From Lama glama (taxonomy: Eukaryota), in NCBI GenBank assembly GCA_028534125.1, contig CM052818.1, forward strand, positions 27,344,001 through 27,408,000: DNA of 64,000 bases. Direction: 5' to 3'. A program made the position numbers and the translations under genes. Positions 1 through 12,799 of this stretch are shown piece after piece. The notes below the pieces were generated by a model. It worked only from the letters and a program-made list of their open reading frames with translations. It made no database searches and was not told the origin of the DNA. How positions within the stretch are numbered: position 1 is the stretch's first letter; each line of letters begins with the position of its first letter.

Positions 1-3000
1 CAGAAAGATGGGCTGATGCTCTGGAGACAAGACTTGACTGGGGAGCTCTGGAAAGTGGAACCACCGAAGCATAAGGACAGCAGCAAAGAGGAAGTTAAAG
101 GACTCTTGACACCGTCACTTCAAAACTACTACTCAAAAGAGGCAGACGTTAATGGAGCAGAGGCGTGAGGTGGGACTTCTCTGTAACATCTTACATGGGA
201 CCTGCAGATTCCAAGCTTTGGAACTACAGGCAAATATGGAGGGATATGAAAAAAACCATCATCGGTGATTCTGTGTGTGCATGTGCGTTTTGGTCTCTGA
301 TCTCTTAGTTTGGATTTAAAGTCTGCCTATTACCTATATCGCTTTTTTTTTTAAACACAGTTTTCATTATTTGGTAGAAAGTCAGTCTATGGATTGATTC
401 TTTCTGGAAGGCAGATTACTATGTGTGTGTGTATTTTCCCTTCATATTACCTTTAAAAGGTCTGAAACTTTTCTGAGACCAGCAGAGGTGATAAATGTAA
501 GGTGCTGGGTTCCTTCAAGCCTGGGCCCTGTCTTATAAGCATCACCGAGCCCAGTGTTCTCTGTCTTCCATGAGGTTCTCAATGAGTTTTGGGCATTTAA
601 CTGAGCATTTTCAAATCTGCACCTTGTTTTCATTCACTGTAGCTTTGTGATTAGATTAACTTTGATTTAACTCAAGTGCTTCTGATGGAAAGGGACAAAT
701 TGCCAAAGATTCCATTCTGCTGGCTTCATCTGGGATGAGTCAATTTCAGGCTGTAAATTCTGAAACCCCAGGAAGTTTCTTTTCTAAATATCTACATCTA
801 GTCAAAAGAAACAGTGTGCCACCATCTGCTAAGACTCTATTATCATAATACAACATAGCACCAACAGGACAAATTTTCTTGAGAGCACAAAGAAATCAGA
901 ATGCAGGAATACGAACTAAGCATCCAAGAATCTGCAACCGGAAACAGTGGAGTATGACTATCTAGATGTTGTAGTGAAAGAAAAGAAAATTCATGATCTT
1001 TGTTCTGGTCGTAGGCTGTATATCTGATGTATCTTTCTGATACGATGGGGCTGGGCATCCTTCCTTTTATCTTATTTCCCTTCCTGGTGTTAGTGTTTGG
1101 AGTTGTTATGACATGACAGGGTTTGAGCGGGAAACTGTCTTCTAAGGTTAATGTCTTATGAGACAGAAATAAAACTGAGGCTCAAACAAGGAAAAAGGAA
1201 CTTAACTCAGCAGACTTAATTTTAATAGACATGGCAAAGATGGTCCAATCATAAAGTCAGGAACAGAGAATCTAAAACTCTTCCACAAATATAATGCTCT
1301 GTATATATGTGTGTACATGTAGTGTGAAATAAAGAAAAAGACAATAAAAATATGGAGAAGCTGGATAAAGAGGAGTGGCAGGGCAGAGAGACAAAGACAG
1401 ACTTTACCTTAAGGAAAGTGAGGTAGCAACGGCTGGGGACAAACAGGTACAAACTTGGGAGCCAGCCAGCAGCCATGGACAGGCTGATGGGCGTTCGTGC
1501 CGGTGCGTGTGCAGGGGTATGAGGATGCTACACCCCCCACCGCACACCCAGCATGGCAGGCTGACAGGAGAGAGATCCACATTCTGTTAGAAAGCAGTTT
1601 AATAGAGCAAATCCTTATCTTATGGATTCAGCCTTTGGCCAGTCTCCACTCCGGCTATATAAGAGGCTATCTATTTATAGATGTTAAAAAAGAAATGGAA
1701 CTAGCAATATTCAACTAGCCAGTAACCAACATGCAGTCTACTTTGTTGGATTACCACTCAACTTTCACAATTTAACCTGTTCTGATTATCCAAATGATTA
1801 GTCTAATAATTTCTTTAGACTAGTAACTTGTCTATTTCATTTTGCCTTTCCTATGCTTTTTTTAAAAAAGAAAATGATTTTTAAAAAGTAATCGTAATTC
1901 TTTTCTTACTTCTTTTGGACTTTATCCACTTCCTATCAGATTCAAACCACATATCTCTCCCATTATCTTCTGAGTCCTGGGACTTTCTAAAATTTTCCTC
2001 CTCCCTTCTTTCCCAGGAGTCTCCTATCGCCAGCAGATTGGGTCCCCCTCAACTACCACTACCAACAAAGGCACTGGGAAAAGTCAAAGAATTTAAAGAT
2101 AGAAGTTACTTTTGAGACCATCAAGTCCCTCCTCCCCTCCTTCTCTCTTAGGTAAGAAAACAGACCCTAATGATGTGAGAGGCTTGTCCAGAATCTCACG
2201 GAAGTGAGTCTGGATTCTAGCACTCAGCATCCAAGCCCTGGCTCTTTCTGCACAGCACCAGGTGACGTGTGGAGGAGTATTCTTTAGCCACTGAACAGTT
2301 TACTCACATGTACATGTTTGCTCACAGGCTACAATACAAAGGGAAGTGTAGGACATGGAACGTCAGGTCTCCTGAGTGGTGAGGCGGGGACAGGGCTAGT
2401 GGGGAGTGAGCTCAGGGCCACAGGCAGATGGTGCTACCCAGTGATTTGTGCTCACAAAGCCTGGATCTGCCACTCAGTAGGCAGGACCCTTCCTGAAATG
2501 GGAGAATCATGCAACCTGCCTCCTGTGGGGGGAGTGCTGGGACTCAGGCTCAGATGCATTTTCAGTGGAACTGAACTTGGACTCTAATGTGCTCAAGATA
2601 ATCTACTAAATTTTTTAGTGAAAACCAACGTCACATATTAGTCAACATTTCAGCCAACAGATAATCTAAAATTTTTAATTACTTTGGACAAAGAAAAAAA
2701 AGTTGAAAATAATTCCAAATCTTGATTTAAAAATGAAAGAGGATTTTTCAGGATAGAGTCTCAGAAAGTAAGAGATATAAATGTACCGGATATAGGTTCT
2801 GGAAGAGAATCAGACCCTTTAGTCAGAGAGAGGCTGGAGCCAGGAGAGAGCTTGGGAACCTGGCTAGATACACTGCACAGAACCCAAGAGAAACCCTATT
2901 TTAAGTTTTTGAACATTATAAACAATGACTTAATTTATTTCTACCTCAAAATAACTGGATTGGATTTTTCTCAATAACTATTAAGGAATGTATATTTATA

Positions 3001-3352
3001 GACAGAAGTTGGTAACAGAATGTTTCAGAACAAAAAGTTTGGGACAAATCTCATTAAAATAAATTTAGAATGGGTAACTGTCAATAACGTATTACATTCA
3101 TTCATCTTCTTAATAAAAATGTAATAGTTATATAACAAATCAAAAGGCATTAAGGTACTGGCAAACTCATTTGACTTACAGTGAAAGGGAATACAGCAGA
3201 GAAGTATTACTTTTTAGACTTTTTAACCAGTTAATTTCTCCCCTGTAAACCTGTATCTGAAAAGCCTGGTGAAAAATTATGGAGGCAAAGGGAAAACTCT
3301 GTGAAGTTAAACACATACACTGGGGCTAGCAAAGAGGGAGGAATACAGACGG

Positions 3353-3415
3353 AAAAAAAACAAAAAACAAAAAACAAAAAACAAAAAACAAAAAACAAAA
3401 ACCAAAAAACAAAAC
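3353..3415 (+). repeat. (AAAAAAC)n simple repeat, about 8 units
   Basis: Directly visible: aaaaaaaacaaaaaacaaaaaacaaaaaac... Confidence 0.95.
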
Positions 3416-3998
3416 CTGATCTGGGAGCTCTATGTTCTTGAGAAAGAGCTTAAGCTGGCCCATGCAGGAGAACACAGGATGCACAGCCCAACGGATCTAC
3501 TCTCCCCGCAGCTGGTGGGTCCACTTCTCTCGGACGACCATTCCGTCATCAACTGTTACAGAGGGAAATGACTGTGTACATATCTGAAAGTTTTGTGTGT
3601 GTATTCGTTTTTAAAATTGACCTGGTTTTACCAGGCACATCTTGCAGCATCCAAAAATAGCCCTCCCTGTTGTGTGATGAGAGAAATGAAAGTTAAACTA
3701 GGTAGTCACGACATGCGGACGGGGAAGAGTTAAAAATAATGGTGGGCTAAATGATGCTTAAAGCAAAGGTGGTGCTTAGAGGCTCCTAAGTCACGTGCCC
3801 AGTCCCAGGTGAACAACTGACTGGCATGTGAAGAGAGAAACAGGAAGGGGGCTGAGGAGGGAGAGGTGGATCCCCTGTCCCAGGGCCAGAACGACACTAG
3901 TCTTTGGAAAAAAGGTCACATGGCTGCAGCACTCCACCAACTCTCCACAATCAGAAAATGTTATCTAAAGGGCACCTATTTTGGTTTCATGTATTTTA

Positions 3999-4424
3999 CA
4001 GTGGATCAAAAACAATCACAAATTCTTTGCAGCTTCTCCTGTCAAGCCGTGGAATCTGCTCCTCACCCTTTGAACCAGGGCTCACCCTGTGAACTGCTCT
4101 GCCCCACAGGATGTGGTGGAGGTCAGGTTATGTGAATTTCAAGCTCTTGGTCTCCTTTAAGGCTTTGCAACTTCCTCCCTCACTTCTGCCATCACATGAA
4201 GGAGCCAGGATGAAGGGCCTCACAGGGGCAACAGGCCCCTCCAGACAAGTTCCCAGACGTGGGAGTGATGCCACCTTAAACCATCCAGCCCCAGACGACC
4301 AGCCAGCCAACTACAGAAGAACCACCCAGTTAACACATTGACACATGAGAAATAATAAATCTTTGTTGTTTTAAGCAACTGCATTTGGGGGCGGCTTGTT
4401 ACTCAGCAATAAGTAACTGAAACA
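3999..4424 (+). mobile_element. ERVL-MaLR solo LTR (MLT1-family, MLT1H-like)
   Basis: 5' part aaaacaatcacaaattctttg, and typical MLT1 3' end aataataaatctttgttgttttaagcaactgcatttggggg...ttgttactcagcaataagtaactgaaaca. Confidence 0.75.
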
Positions 4425-4564
4425 TATGTATATTGTGTTAATATGTCCTATGCTGAAATAAGTAAATAGGATGGTGAGATATAAATCCATATATATACGT
4501 TGATATATTTCCTGGACTTAAAAACAAAACATTGTTTTTAAAAAAAAGAAGATCAACCTCCAAT

Positions 4565-4780
4565 GGAGCATACAGGGCTTTGAATCAAAGAACCTGGGAT
4601 GAAGACTTAGACCTGCTCTGACCCTTACACCAAAATACATCTGTGATTTTGCACAAGTCACTTATTATCTCAACCTCTGTTTTTATATCTATAAGCTCCT
4701 CATGGAGTCAGAAAGATTAATAAAATGAGAGCAACAAAAGTGAAAAATGCTTTGTAAACAGTAAGGCATATTATAAGTTA
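4565..4780 (+). mobile_element. MIR SINE remnant
   Basis: gggctttgaatcaaagaacctggg...tgtgattttgcacaagtcacttattatctcaacctctgtttttatatctata...gtgaaaaatgctttgtaaac, resembling the MIR core. Confidence 0.65.
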
Positions 4781-6634
4781 AGCTGTCTTTGTTCCTGCCA
4801 CCTATGTGTTACTTAAAGACTTTCCTGTTTTTCCTTCCCTGCAAAGTCATCATTTGATAATGCACCTGACGTAACTTTCTCTGCTGTAAGTTTCCTTACG
4901 CATGAGGCCCTGGTATGCACACATGCACCAAGGGCCGGGCAAAGACTGCCAGGTGTCCTGAGCCCCATGGCTAGGCCCATTCTTCCTTTTTGTCATCGTG
5001 CACGGTTTAGGCCCAGAGCCACAAGTCTCATTCCTTTTCACTATCTCCTGAAAGGCAGGATGAGCTGCCTTATGCCTCACAACGATTTCCAGTGCCAACA
5101 GAAGAGAAAAGGATGAAAAGAATGGCAGGGTGGCTGGAGACCTAAACCAAGTGGAGGGAAGGAAGAATTAAAAATGGTTAAAAATTATATCACACAGATG
5201 AGGGATGTCTATATGGGATGAAGTCCAGGAGAAAAGACAGCAAAGGAGGAGAAAATGAAGGATGGGCCATTAAGAAAAAGCAGAGACGCAGCAAGGAGAG
5301 GAGGACCAGCCCATTTGTAGCAAGGGCAGAGGAGGTGGGGCATCTGCACCTGTCAGCCATGGAAGTGGGGAGAGACATCCATGCACAGTAAGAACACCTA
5401 GAGGAGAGTGTCCGTCACTTGGAAGAGGTCAGTTTGTGCTCCATGAATGCATGAATAAATAAACTGAAAACAAGCAACTCAAAAGAAAATTCACCAAGTG
5501 AGCAAGCACTGGCTCCAGAACAGCGCAGTGAGGGGCCTGAATGGGTGACAGGGTCTCTCTGGGAATGGCTATTCCATTCGGATGGGAATGAAGGGGTGGG
5601 GGTTGTTCTTTAAGGTGAGGAGGGAAATGTCTACAAACTCCTTTTCTAGTCTATGCAAGTGCAGCAAATCCTTACAAAAAGGGGTTTTGACTTCCACCCA
5701 AGGCAAACCTCTCCTGCTAAAGTTTCCCATCCATCACCCTACTCTGTCCGAACTGGAAAGGGCTTTCCCCCCTGAATTCTCCACATAATCGGTTTTGATC
5801 CCAAATGGCAGTAAGTTCCAAACAATGCTCTTTACAAATATGCTGGTAAAGGCCAAACAGTCACAACAGGGTTTTACATGCTCTAAATGCTCTTCTTTAT
5901 ACCTGATCATGGTCTTCAAGAGAAACCTCTAACATGAATCACACACAAGGATAAAGTCATGTTAAAATACTACCACTATTCCTACATGGTAGGCTCTCTT
6001 CTTTTTATTTCCATTTTTACATGATGGATTGGGTTTTTATTCTCTTGTCAAAGTATGACCTGTCTGTCATCCTCCTTAATAAGTGGGGACCCATTTAATA
6101 TGCTCGGACTAGGTTAAGTCCTAGTCCGAGCATATTCTGCATTTAATCAGATTAGTTCAGAATTAATGAATACACAGAGCAAAAGGATGAAGACACAGTT
6201 CATCACCTCTAGAAACTTTAGTTGGTGAGACGAGACCTTATGCATATAACAATTATTTAATGGTGCAAGGAAGTATATGATTAATCGGCACCATGGAAAT
6301 ATGTGTGGGGAGTACCTAGTGAGATGGGTGTTGGCTGAAGCACAAAGACCTGGTGGATAACAGGACAATAAGCGGGAGTCCTGCAGGAGGAACAATACGA
6401 GACAAGGTGAAGCAGAGAGACAAGGGCTTCTCGTGCTTTGAGAGGTGAGCCCAGTGCTTGGAATGGAGGGTTTCTGCAGTACTAAGAACTGGCCATAAAG
6501 AAGGGGGTTGGGGGAGATTGCAAAGGTTTTACAGTGAGACGAGGAGCAGTATGACCACCCAATGGCAGGAAGATAATTTTTTTCTTCTTCAACATACTGG
6601 TCATCATGGCTAATAGTGGGCCTGTTCATTCATC

Positions 6635-7075
6635 CACCCATCCATTCATTCATCAACTAATGTAGGTTGGCATTTTACATCAAGTCCTGTTCCATGTACT
6701 AGAGGCTATAAAACACTCCCTTCCCTTGAGAAGCACATGGAGTAGGAGAGATTGACCAAAAACAAAAACGAAAAAACAACCAATGATTTCCATGTATTAT
6801 GAAAAGTGCTATGAAAAAGAGATACATGGGAATTCAATTACAAGGGAGCGGAGGAGACACACCTGAGTCATCTCTGATAGAGACTGAAGTCTGAAAAACA
6901 CTTCAAAGAGAAGGAAATGTAGTTCGGAGAGAGAAGTCTGTAGAAGGGAAAGGCAACAGGTGAAGAGCCCACTGCAAATGAAAGGAAGGGCCCAGAGCCT
7001 GAGGTCACTGGGGGTGGGGAAGGGGCGGGGGAGGGGCGCTAGTTCAGGTGGGAACACGGGATGCATGTGGAGACA
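6635..7075 (-). mobile_element. L2 LINE 3' end remnant
   Basis: (cattc)n-type tail followed by degenerate L2 3' sequence in antisense. Confidence 0.55.
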
Positions 7076-9142
7076 GGGCAGCAGGGGAGGAAGGTTACTG
7101 ACTATTTAAAAGACAGGAAACTACAGAGCTGTGAGAACTTATCCCTTCCCTGCAAATAATTTACTGTGGTATTTTCGAATGGCTTCCTTCTCCATGTTTC
7201 TAATTTCTTCATTAGAGGCCCCTTTAACTGACCGTTCCTTGGTTCTGAACGCCAAAGTCAGAATCAGGTCAACACCATAATTACCACCCTAAGGTTTATG
7301 TTTACAAACTCACAGAAGCTTGGAGATAAAACGGAAGGCGTCTATTTGAACCTCCTTTCCAGGGTAACGTTTCTTCCGAGCATTCCTGGAAGGTGGCCAT
7401 CCAGACGGAAAGAAGTCTCTCCAGCTCCAGGGAGCTCAGTTTATCTCAGGAAGCAGCCTCGTTCATGACTGTGCATCATTAGTTGTGAGAAATTTCTTTT
7501 CCCTCAAACTGAGATTAAATACATCTTCCTGTTGCTTCTACCCATTTCGACCCCCTAGAGTGACTCAAAAAGTAGCCTACTGTGCCTCCTCCATGTAGGT
7601 GGCGCTAACTATGTTTGTAACGGTGAACTGAGAACTGTCCCTTTTCCCCTCTAAAGGTCTTGTTAATTGACAACCGGCTTAGTTTTGATTAATTAGGTTC
7701 TCTAATACCATGTGCCACCTTCCTTTTCATGAAGACCTAGAAGGGACATCTGTCCCTGTTAGTAATGCTCCACTTTCCTCCCTTTACTGACTAATAAAAC
7801 CTTATGTTTGTGCCATCATACTTCAACCCTTGCTAAGCAATGTCATGTAAATTAGCACATCATCATGTCATAAGAAAGTGCGGCACCACTATATGTTACC
7901 CCCACAAAAATCTCTGCATCTCTTTTATGATACAACAGAAAGTAGAGGGCAAGTCATGTAAATATGTCTGAGGGAACCCTACAGTTTCTGATGGGACAAA
8001 GGCTAGGAAATGCCAACGAATTAATGTGTTTTAAGAGAAGGAGGAAAAAGTAGTTATCAGAACAAACTCTGGATGCCTGCTCCAATCAAGCACAAATAAC
8101 TGATACTTACCTTAACTACAGACCATATACATTCCTATCTTATCAAACCATTTGTATAATCACAGTTACTCATGCAACAAACATGGATGCTATGCCTGGT
8201 GCTGGGACTGGGACTGAGGGAGACAGAGGTTAGAAATGGAGATAAGGAAGGCAGTATTTTAACTCTGGATGTTAAATGTAGCGCAAAAGTTGAAAGAAAT
8301 GAGATGACTTAGGCAAAATAATGACTTTGCGATCTGGGAAAGATGGAGGAGAGGACCTGGCAGGGAAGAGGTCAATGGGGGAAGGGGGCATCTCAGCGGG
8401 GGAAACAAAGTAAATCCTGTGCTTCCAAGCTCAGTCTTCCCCCAAGCAAAGCTGAAGCGCCAGCTCCACGGTGCTGCTGTGAGGACTGCCGAGGATGGGA
8501 CCTGGGGACCCTGGCGCTCTGGAGCAAGCCTGGTCCGGGGGGATGAAGGGGATGTCCTGCTACTGAGACTAAGATGACAGCAGCTCTTCCTCCATCAAGC
8601 CAAAGGGAGATGTGTTTGTTACTCCAGAAAGCACTAGAGGAATTTAAACTCCTTGTTGCCTCAGAAAGTAATAGGTCTGGGTAAACGTGCAACTGCCAAC
8701 GTCAAGGATCCCTGGGGAGCGAATCTATGACGCATGCAGGGTTTCATCCCATTGGACACAATGGTTAGGGACCTGTAAGGTTCACTGCGGAGGATCAAAT
8801 GACATGCCTACCACGGATGGATACCTTGTGGCCCCCCTGGCCACATGTGGAGGGGCACATCTGCCCGTTTGGTTCCCAGCCCACAAGCGTGCATAGGCAC
8901 CATGACCTGAGGGACCTCTAAGGATTAGAGACTTGACCTGAGGACACCTGGCTTTGACCCGAGGCACGATACGTGGAAGTCCCAAGTAATGGTAACAGTT
9001 CAGTGACTTCTCCACAGAGACAGGAGGGTGCTAGGGTTCCCTGATGCTTGGGGAATACAAACTGTGTGCTTGAAACTGTGCTTTCAGTGATGCAAACACA
9101 CACGACAGAGGAGAAAACTTGATAAATGGATGACAGACCGAC

Positions 9143-9263
9143 CTTGTGGGCAGAGTGCAGCAGCCGTCCGCTGTGAGTCTGACTTGAGTCTCGTAGCTGT
9201 CCAGGGGACACACGGCCTGCTGAACGGAGGGGCACTCCACAGTGCTGCAGTCCACGCTGAAAA
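9143..9263 (-). CDS. CRIM1: CRIM1 coding exon 4 (121 nt, phase 1-2): (V)FSVDCSTVECPSVQQAVCPLDSYETQVRLTADGCCTLPT(R)
   Basis: Acceptor ctctgtttgccccccag|TTTTCAGC and donor CACAAG|gtcggt. Matches recalled CRIM1 VFGVDCRTVECP...DSYETQVRLTADGCCTLPT. Confidence 0.96.
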
Positions 9264-10304
9264 CTGGGGGGCAAACAGAGCACTGTTCACTGCTATGTTT
9301 ACTTGCATTCTGAGTCCTCAAACGAAACACTGGCTCTTCACAAACTTTTGCAGTTTCCTTGCTCCCTGGAAACCCTGTCTTAGCATTGGCATTTTCATTT
9401 CAGTCAACATGAGAGAGCTATAATATGACCCAAATCTTCTGTGCAAGAAAAGCAGAAGACAGGACACTGAAGAGTTAAGACGAAGACACAGAGAGAGTTA
9501 AACCAAAGGTGGGGGTGTGGATGGTGCTGCTCAGCCAGAGGCGTTTCTGATAGAACAGTTTAAGAGATGGTCAAGGGACAGACTGACTGACTGGCTTGTG
9601 CCTTTATCTGGCAGGTAAAAAAAAAAATTCTGACCAGCTGTTAGAAACTTGCAAAGAGGAAATCGCTACAGTCCAGACCCATTCACAGACCACGTTAGAA
9701 ATGCAGCCACGAGAACAAGGAGGTTAGAAATAATATAAAGCAAGAAACAGCTGGGACATGACAACAAAACAAATGTGGCCAAGAAGCCAAGTAAATAGTC
9801 AAGGATGACTTGGCACATGCTATAAAGTCAAGGGACGGATGGTGGGGAGCTGGCAAGGAGAAAGATTGGGACTGAGTATTTCATGATAAAATGTCTGTCA
9901 TTTTGATGCATATATTCATCTAAAAATAACTTTCTGCTTTATGTATGATGATTGTTTTTAAATGCAATACTTTAAAGTGACAGATATATCTACAAATGAG
10001 GGTGATGACCTTCTCTGGGGGAATGAAGCAGGCAGCCATAGTACCATAAATTTTAATCCTACCGCCCCCAACAAGCATACTCTGAAGGCAAAAAAAAAAA
10101 AAAAAAAAAAGAGAGAGAGAGGAAAAGACAGGGTCCTTCTCTAAAGGCACTGATGTGCTAGCAGATCATCCCTCTAGTTGTCTGACTGGAGGGCAGAAAT
10201 CAGGCTGCCGTGAGCCCAAAGTGTCCTGCCGAGAATGCCCAGCGTCGTGTGGCAGGAGGGGCCTGTGCCACGCTCTCGGCTGCTGGGACAGAGCCCGCGC
10301 ATAC

Positions 10305-10547
10305 CTGGTTTGCACTCATAGAGGTCACAACACTCTCCCGGCTTCCCTGAGGCTTTGGACACAAGTATGTTCAGGTATCCCGGCTGGCAGACTTTCCGCA
10401 GACAGCCGGCGGGGTCGCACACGCAGCGGCTGGGGAGGGGGCAGCACTCCCCCGGGGGCGCGTAGCCCTCGATCAGAACGGAATCCTCAGGACAGCGCGG
10501 AGAGAACTGGACTTCACAGCGGGCCTTGGAGCAGTCTGGCTTCTCTT
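10305..10547 (-). CDS. CRIM1: CRIM1 coding exon 3 (243 nt, phase 1-1): (E)EKPDCSKARCEVQFSPRCPEDSVLIEGYAPPGECCPLPSRCVCDPAGCLRKVCQPGYLNILVSKASGKPGECCDLYECKP
   Basis: Acceptor ctctcccatttag|AAGAGAAG and donor AAACCAG|gtatgc. Cys-rich peptide nearly identical to recalled CRIM1. Continues the exon 2 frame. Confidence 0.97.
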
Positions 10548-12799
10548 CTAAATGGGAGAGAGACAGCTTAGCACGGGCCCAGGGCCTTCCCACAGAAGCA
10601 CGGGCAGCCCTGATGACCCACCCACTCACCAGAGAGGAGGGGAGGGGACGAAGTCTGCTGAGAACCCTCAAACGCAGCTGAGCCACCCGTGGAAATCTCT
10701 CCTGAGATCTGCTCATGACATCAGAATGAGAGGCCAAGCCGCCGTCTTGCCCAGGGTCCCACCTCCCTCTCCCCTGTGTCCAGTGCACTGACTGGATGAG
10801 GAAGGCACAGGGCAGATGCCTACAGGACGTGCAGAATCTGAAAACAGGGCTTTGCTGCCTGCCGACCAACCGAAAGGTCTTTAAGTTTAAAAGCAGTTTT
10901 AAGAGCTGTTCCTTGAAGATAGTGTACATTTAAATACCAAAGTAGATCCAGAAATAACTAATGGCTACTTCGGGGGCTGGAGACAAGGTGCATGACGTTC
11001 AACACGGGGGAGCTCGACCTCCAAGCTCTGAGATTTGAGGAGATGACTGTATGAAGAGGATATGACTCTGGGATGTGGAAGCTTAGCAAGATGGCTCTGG
11101 AGCCAAATTCCTCTATAATTTCCCTAAGTGACATCTGGTGTGTCTCTATCCCTAGCAGAGACCCAGCAATGGTACCTTGTTCTCCTTTCTCCAATATTAT
11201 GTTACTGACCTCCTGCTGTGCCTCCATTTTTTTTTTTTTAGAGATAAGAAAAATAAATCAAGCAAAGTCCTAGCTTCTGAAGCCCCAGTCCATAGCTCAG
11301 TTTCTTGGTTCAAGCTTTTAAGAAACCTGCACCAACATTAGGCCTTTGAGGAAAAGATGAAATAAACCAAAAGTGCACCATCACAGCTCCACGACCTTTG
11401 GGTGGAAAGAGTTCAGAAAACGCTGGGTGGAAATAATACCATGCGGTGTAGGGCTATGTTTGTAAGCTCTGTTTTTCCTAAGGTAAGACCCACACAGAAT
11501 CACGAAGCAGGGTTAGACGCAAGCGGTCGCCTAGTGTAGTCCACCTTGTAGATAAGGAACCTGAAACCGGGGAGATCTGCCTGAGGCCAGGGGTGGAATA
11601 ACGACAAGGATCCAGGCCTCCTCGCCTCCAGTTCACTTAGCTCTTTATATTACAAAAGGGGATCTATTTCCAAAACCAAGTGTCCTTCAGGTCACTTTCT
11701 ACCTTGATTGCTGTACCTTTCATTTCTCTGCCCATCTTCTCTGTCTAACTACTTCTCGTCCAATCAAAAGATAGTGCAAGAGAGCCTTCATACTCATAGT
11801 TCTAGTAAATTCTTTCAAAAATAGTTATTAAGTGCCTGCCGTTCCAGCAGCTTGTGAAAACAAAACATAGATCCCTGTCTTCACACAGTTTACAACGCAG
11901 TGAAGGGTGATATAAAACAAACAATAAACATTATAAATAAGCAAACGGTATAGCCGAAGAGGGAGGTAAATCTGGGGGGAGAACAGAACAGAGCAAGGGG
12001 GAATTAGAAAGCACGGAAGAAGTGGGGGGCAGTTACAGTGTGCTCAGAATACGCATCACTGAGAAGCTAATGTTGGAAGGAACTGAAGGAGTGCAGGAAT
12101 GGGCCAAGGAGATGCCTCGGGGAAGAGCGTCCCAGCGGAGGGAACAGCTGCCGCACTCCGGTGTGTCCCGGGAAGAGTTAAAGGCCAGTGTGACTGCCGC
12201 AGGACATACAGAGGATGCGTTTACCCAGTTTTCACATTACCACCCCCAGCAGCTGCCTGGAGAAGAGAACATAATTAACTAATGAGGAGTTCTACTCCTG
12301 GATCCCCATCAGTGTGGGCAGAACAAATCAAAGAGCTGAGGAGCAGAAAGTGAATCTTGATTGAGATGGAGTTTGTCAAGTACATTCAGTAGACGGCTTC
12401 TCTGGCAAACACAAACACGCAGTCTCAAAATTAATAAGAGCGCGATGACTTTAATTGCAAATAACACTTCATTTCTACTCCTGTTAATGCGCTGTAATTT
12501 AACTTATTCTGTATCACATTCTATTACATTCCTATTTTGCAAAATACCCGGTATGTATAATCAGAGTTTTCAAACATATGCTTCAATGAAACATGTTTTC
12601 ATTAAAGTACAAACATCTCAGGTCTTCCTAGTTATTTAAGTTTCTTTTAACACTATCAACATGGTCACCTACTGCTGTGTGTTTTGTAGCTCAAGGCTTG
12701 AGAGCTTTATTTACTTCTTAAAACCTGGCTTGGTAATCCATGTGGGATAACGTAGGCTGCCACAGACACTGGACCACAGTCTGAAGGGATTTAAGAATG

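Noticed and set aside
3353..3415. CRISPR-like or functional repeat array
   Set aside because: A simple 7-bp A-rich microsatellite with no spacers, in eukaryotic DNA.
10155..10571. 138-aa plus-strand ORF, and likewise 9130..9423
   Set aside because: Antisense shadows of GC-rich CRIM1 exons, with no recognisable protein.
10174..10929. 251-aa minus-strand ORF as a standalone gene
   Set aside because: Only 10305-10547 is CRIM1 exon 3. The flanks are intronic read-through beyond clear splice sites.
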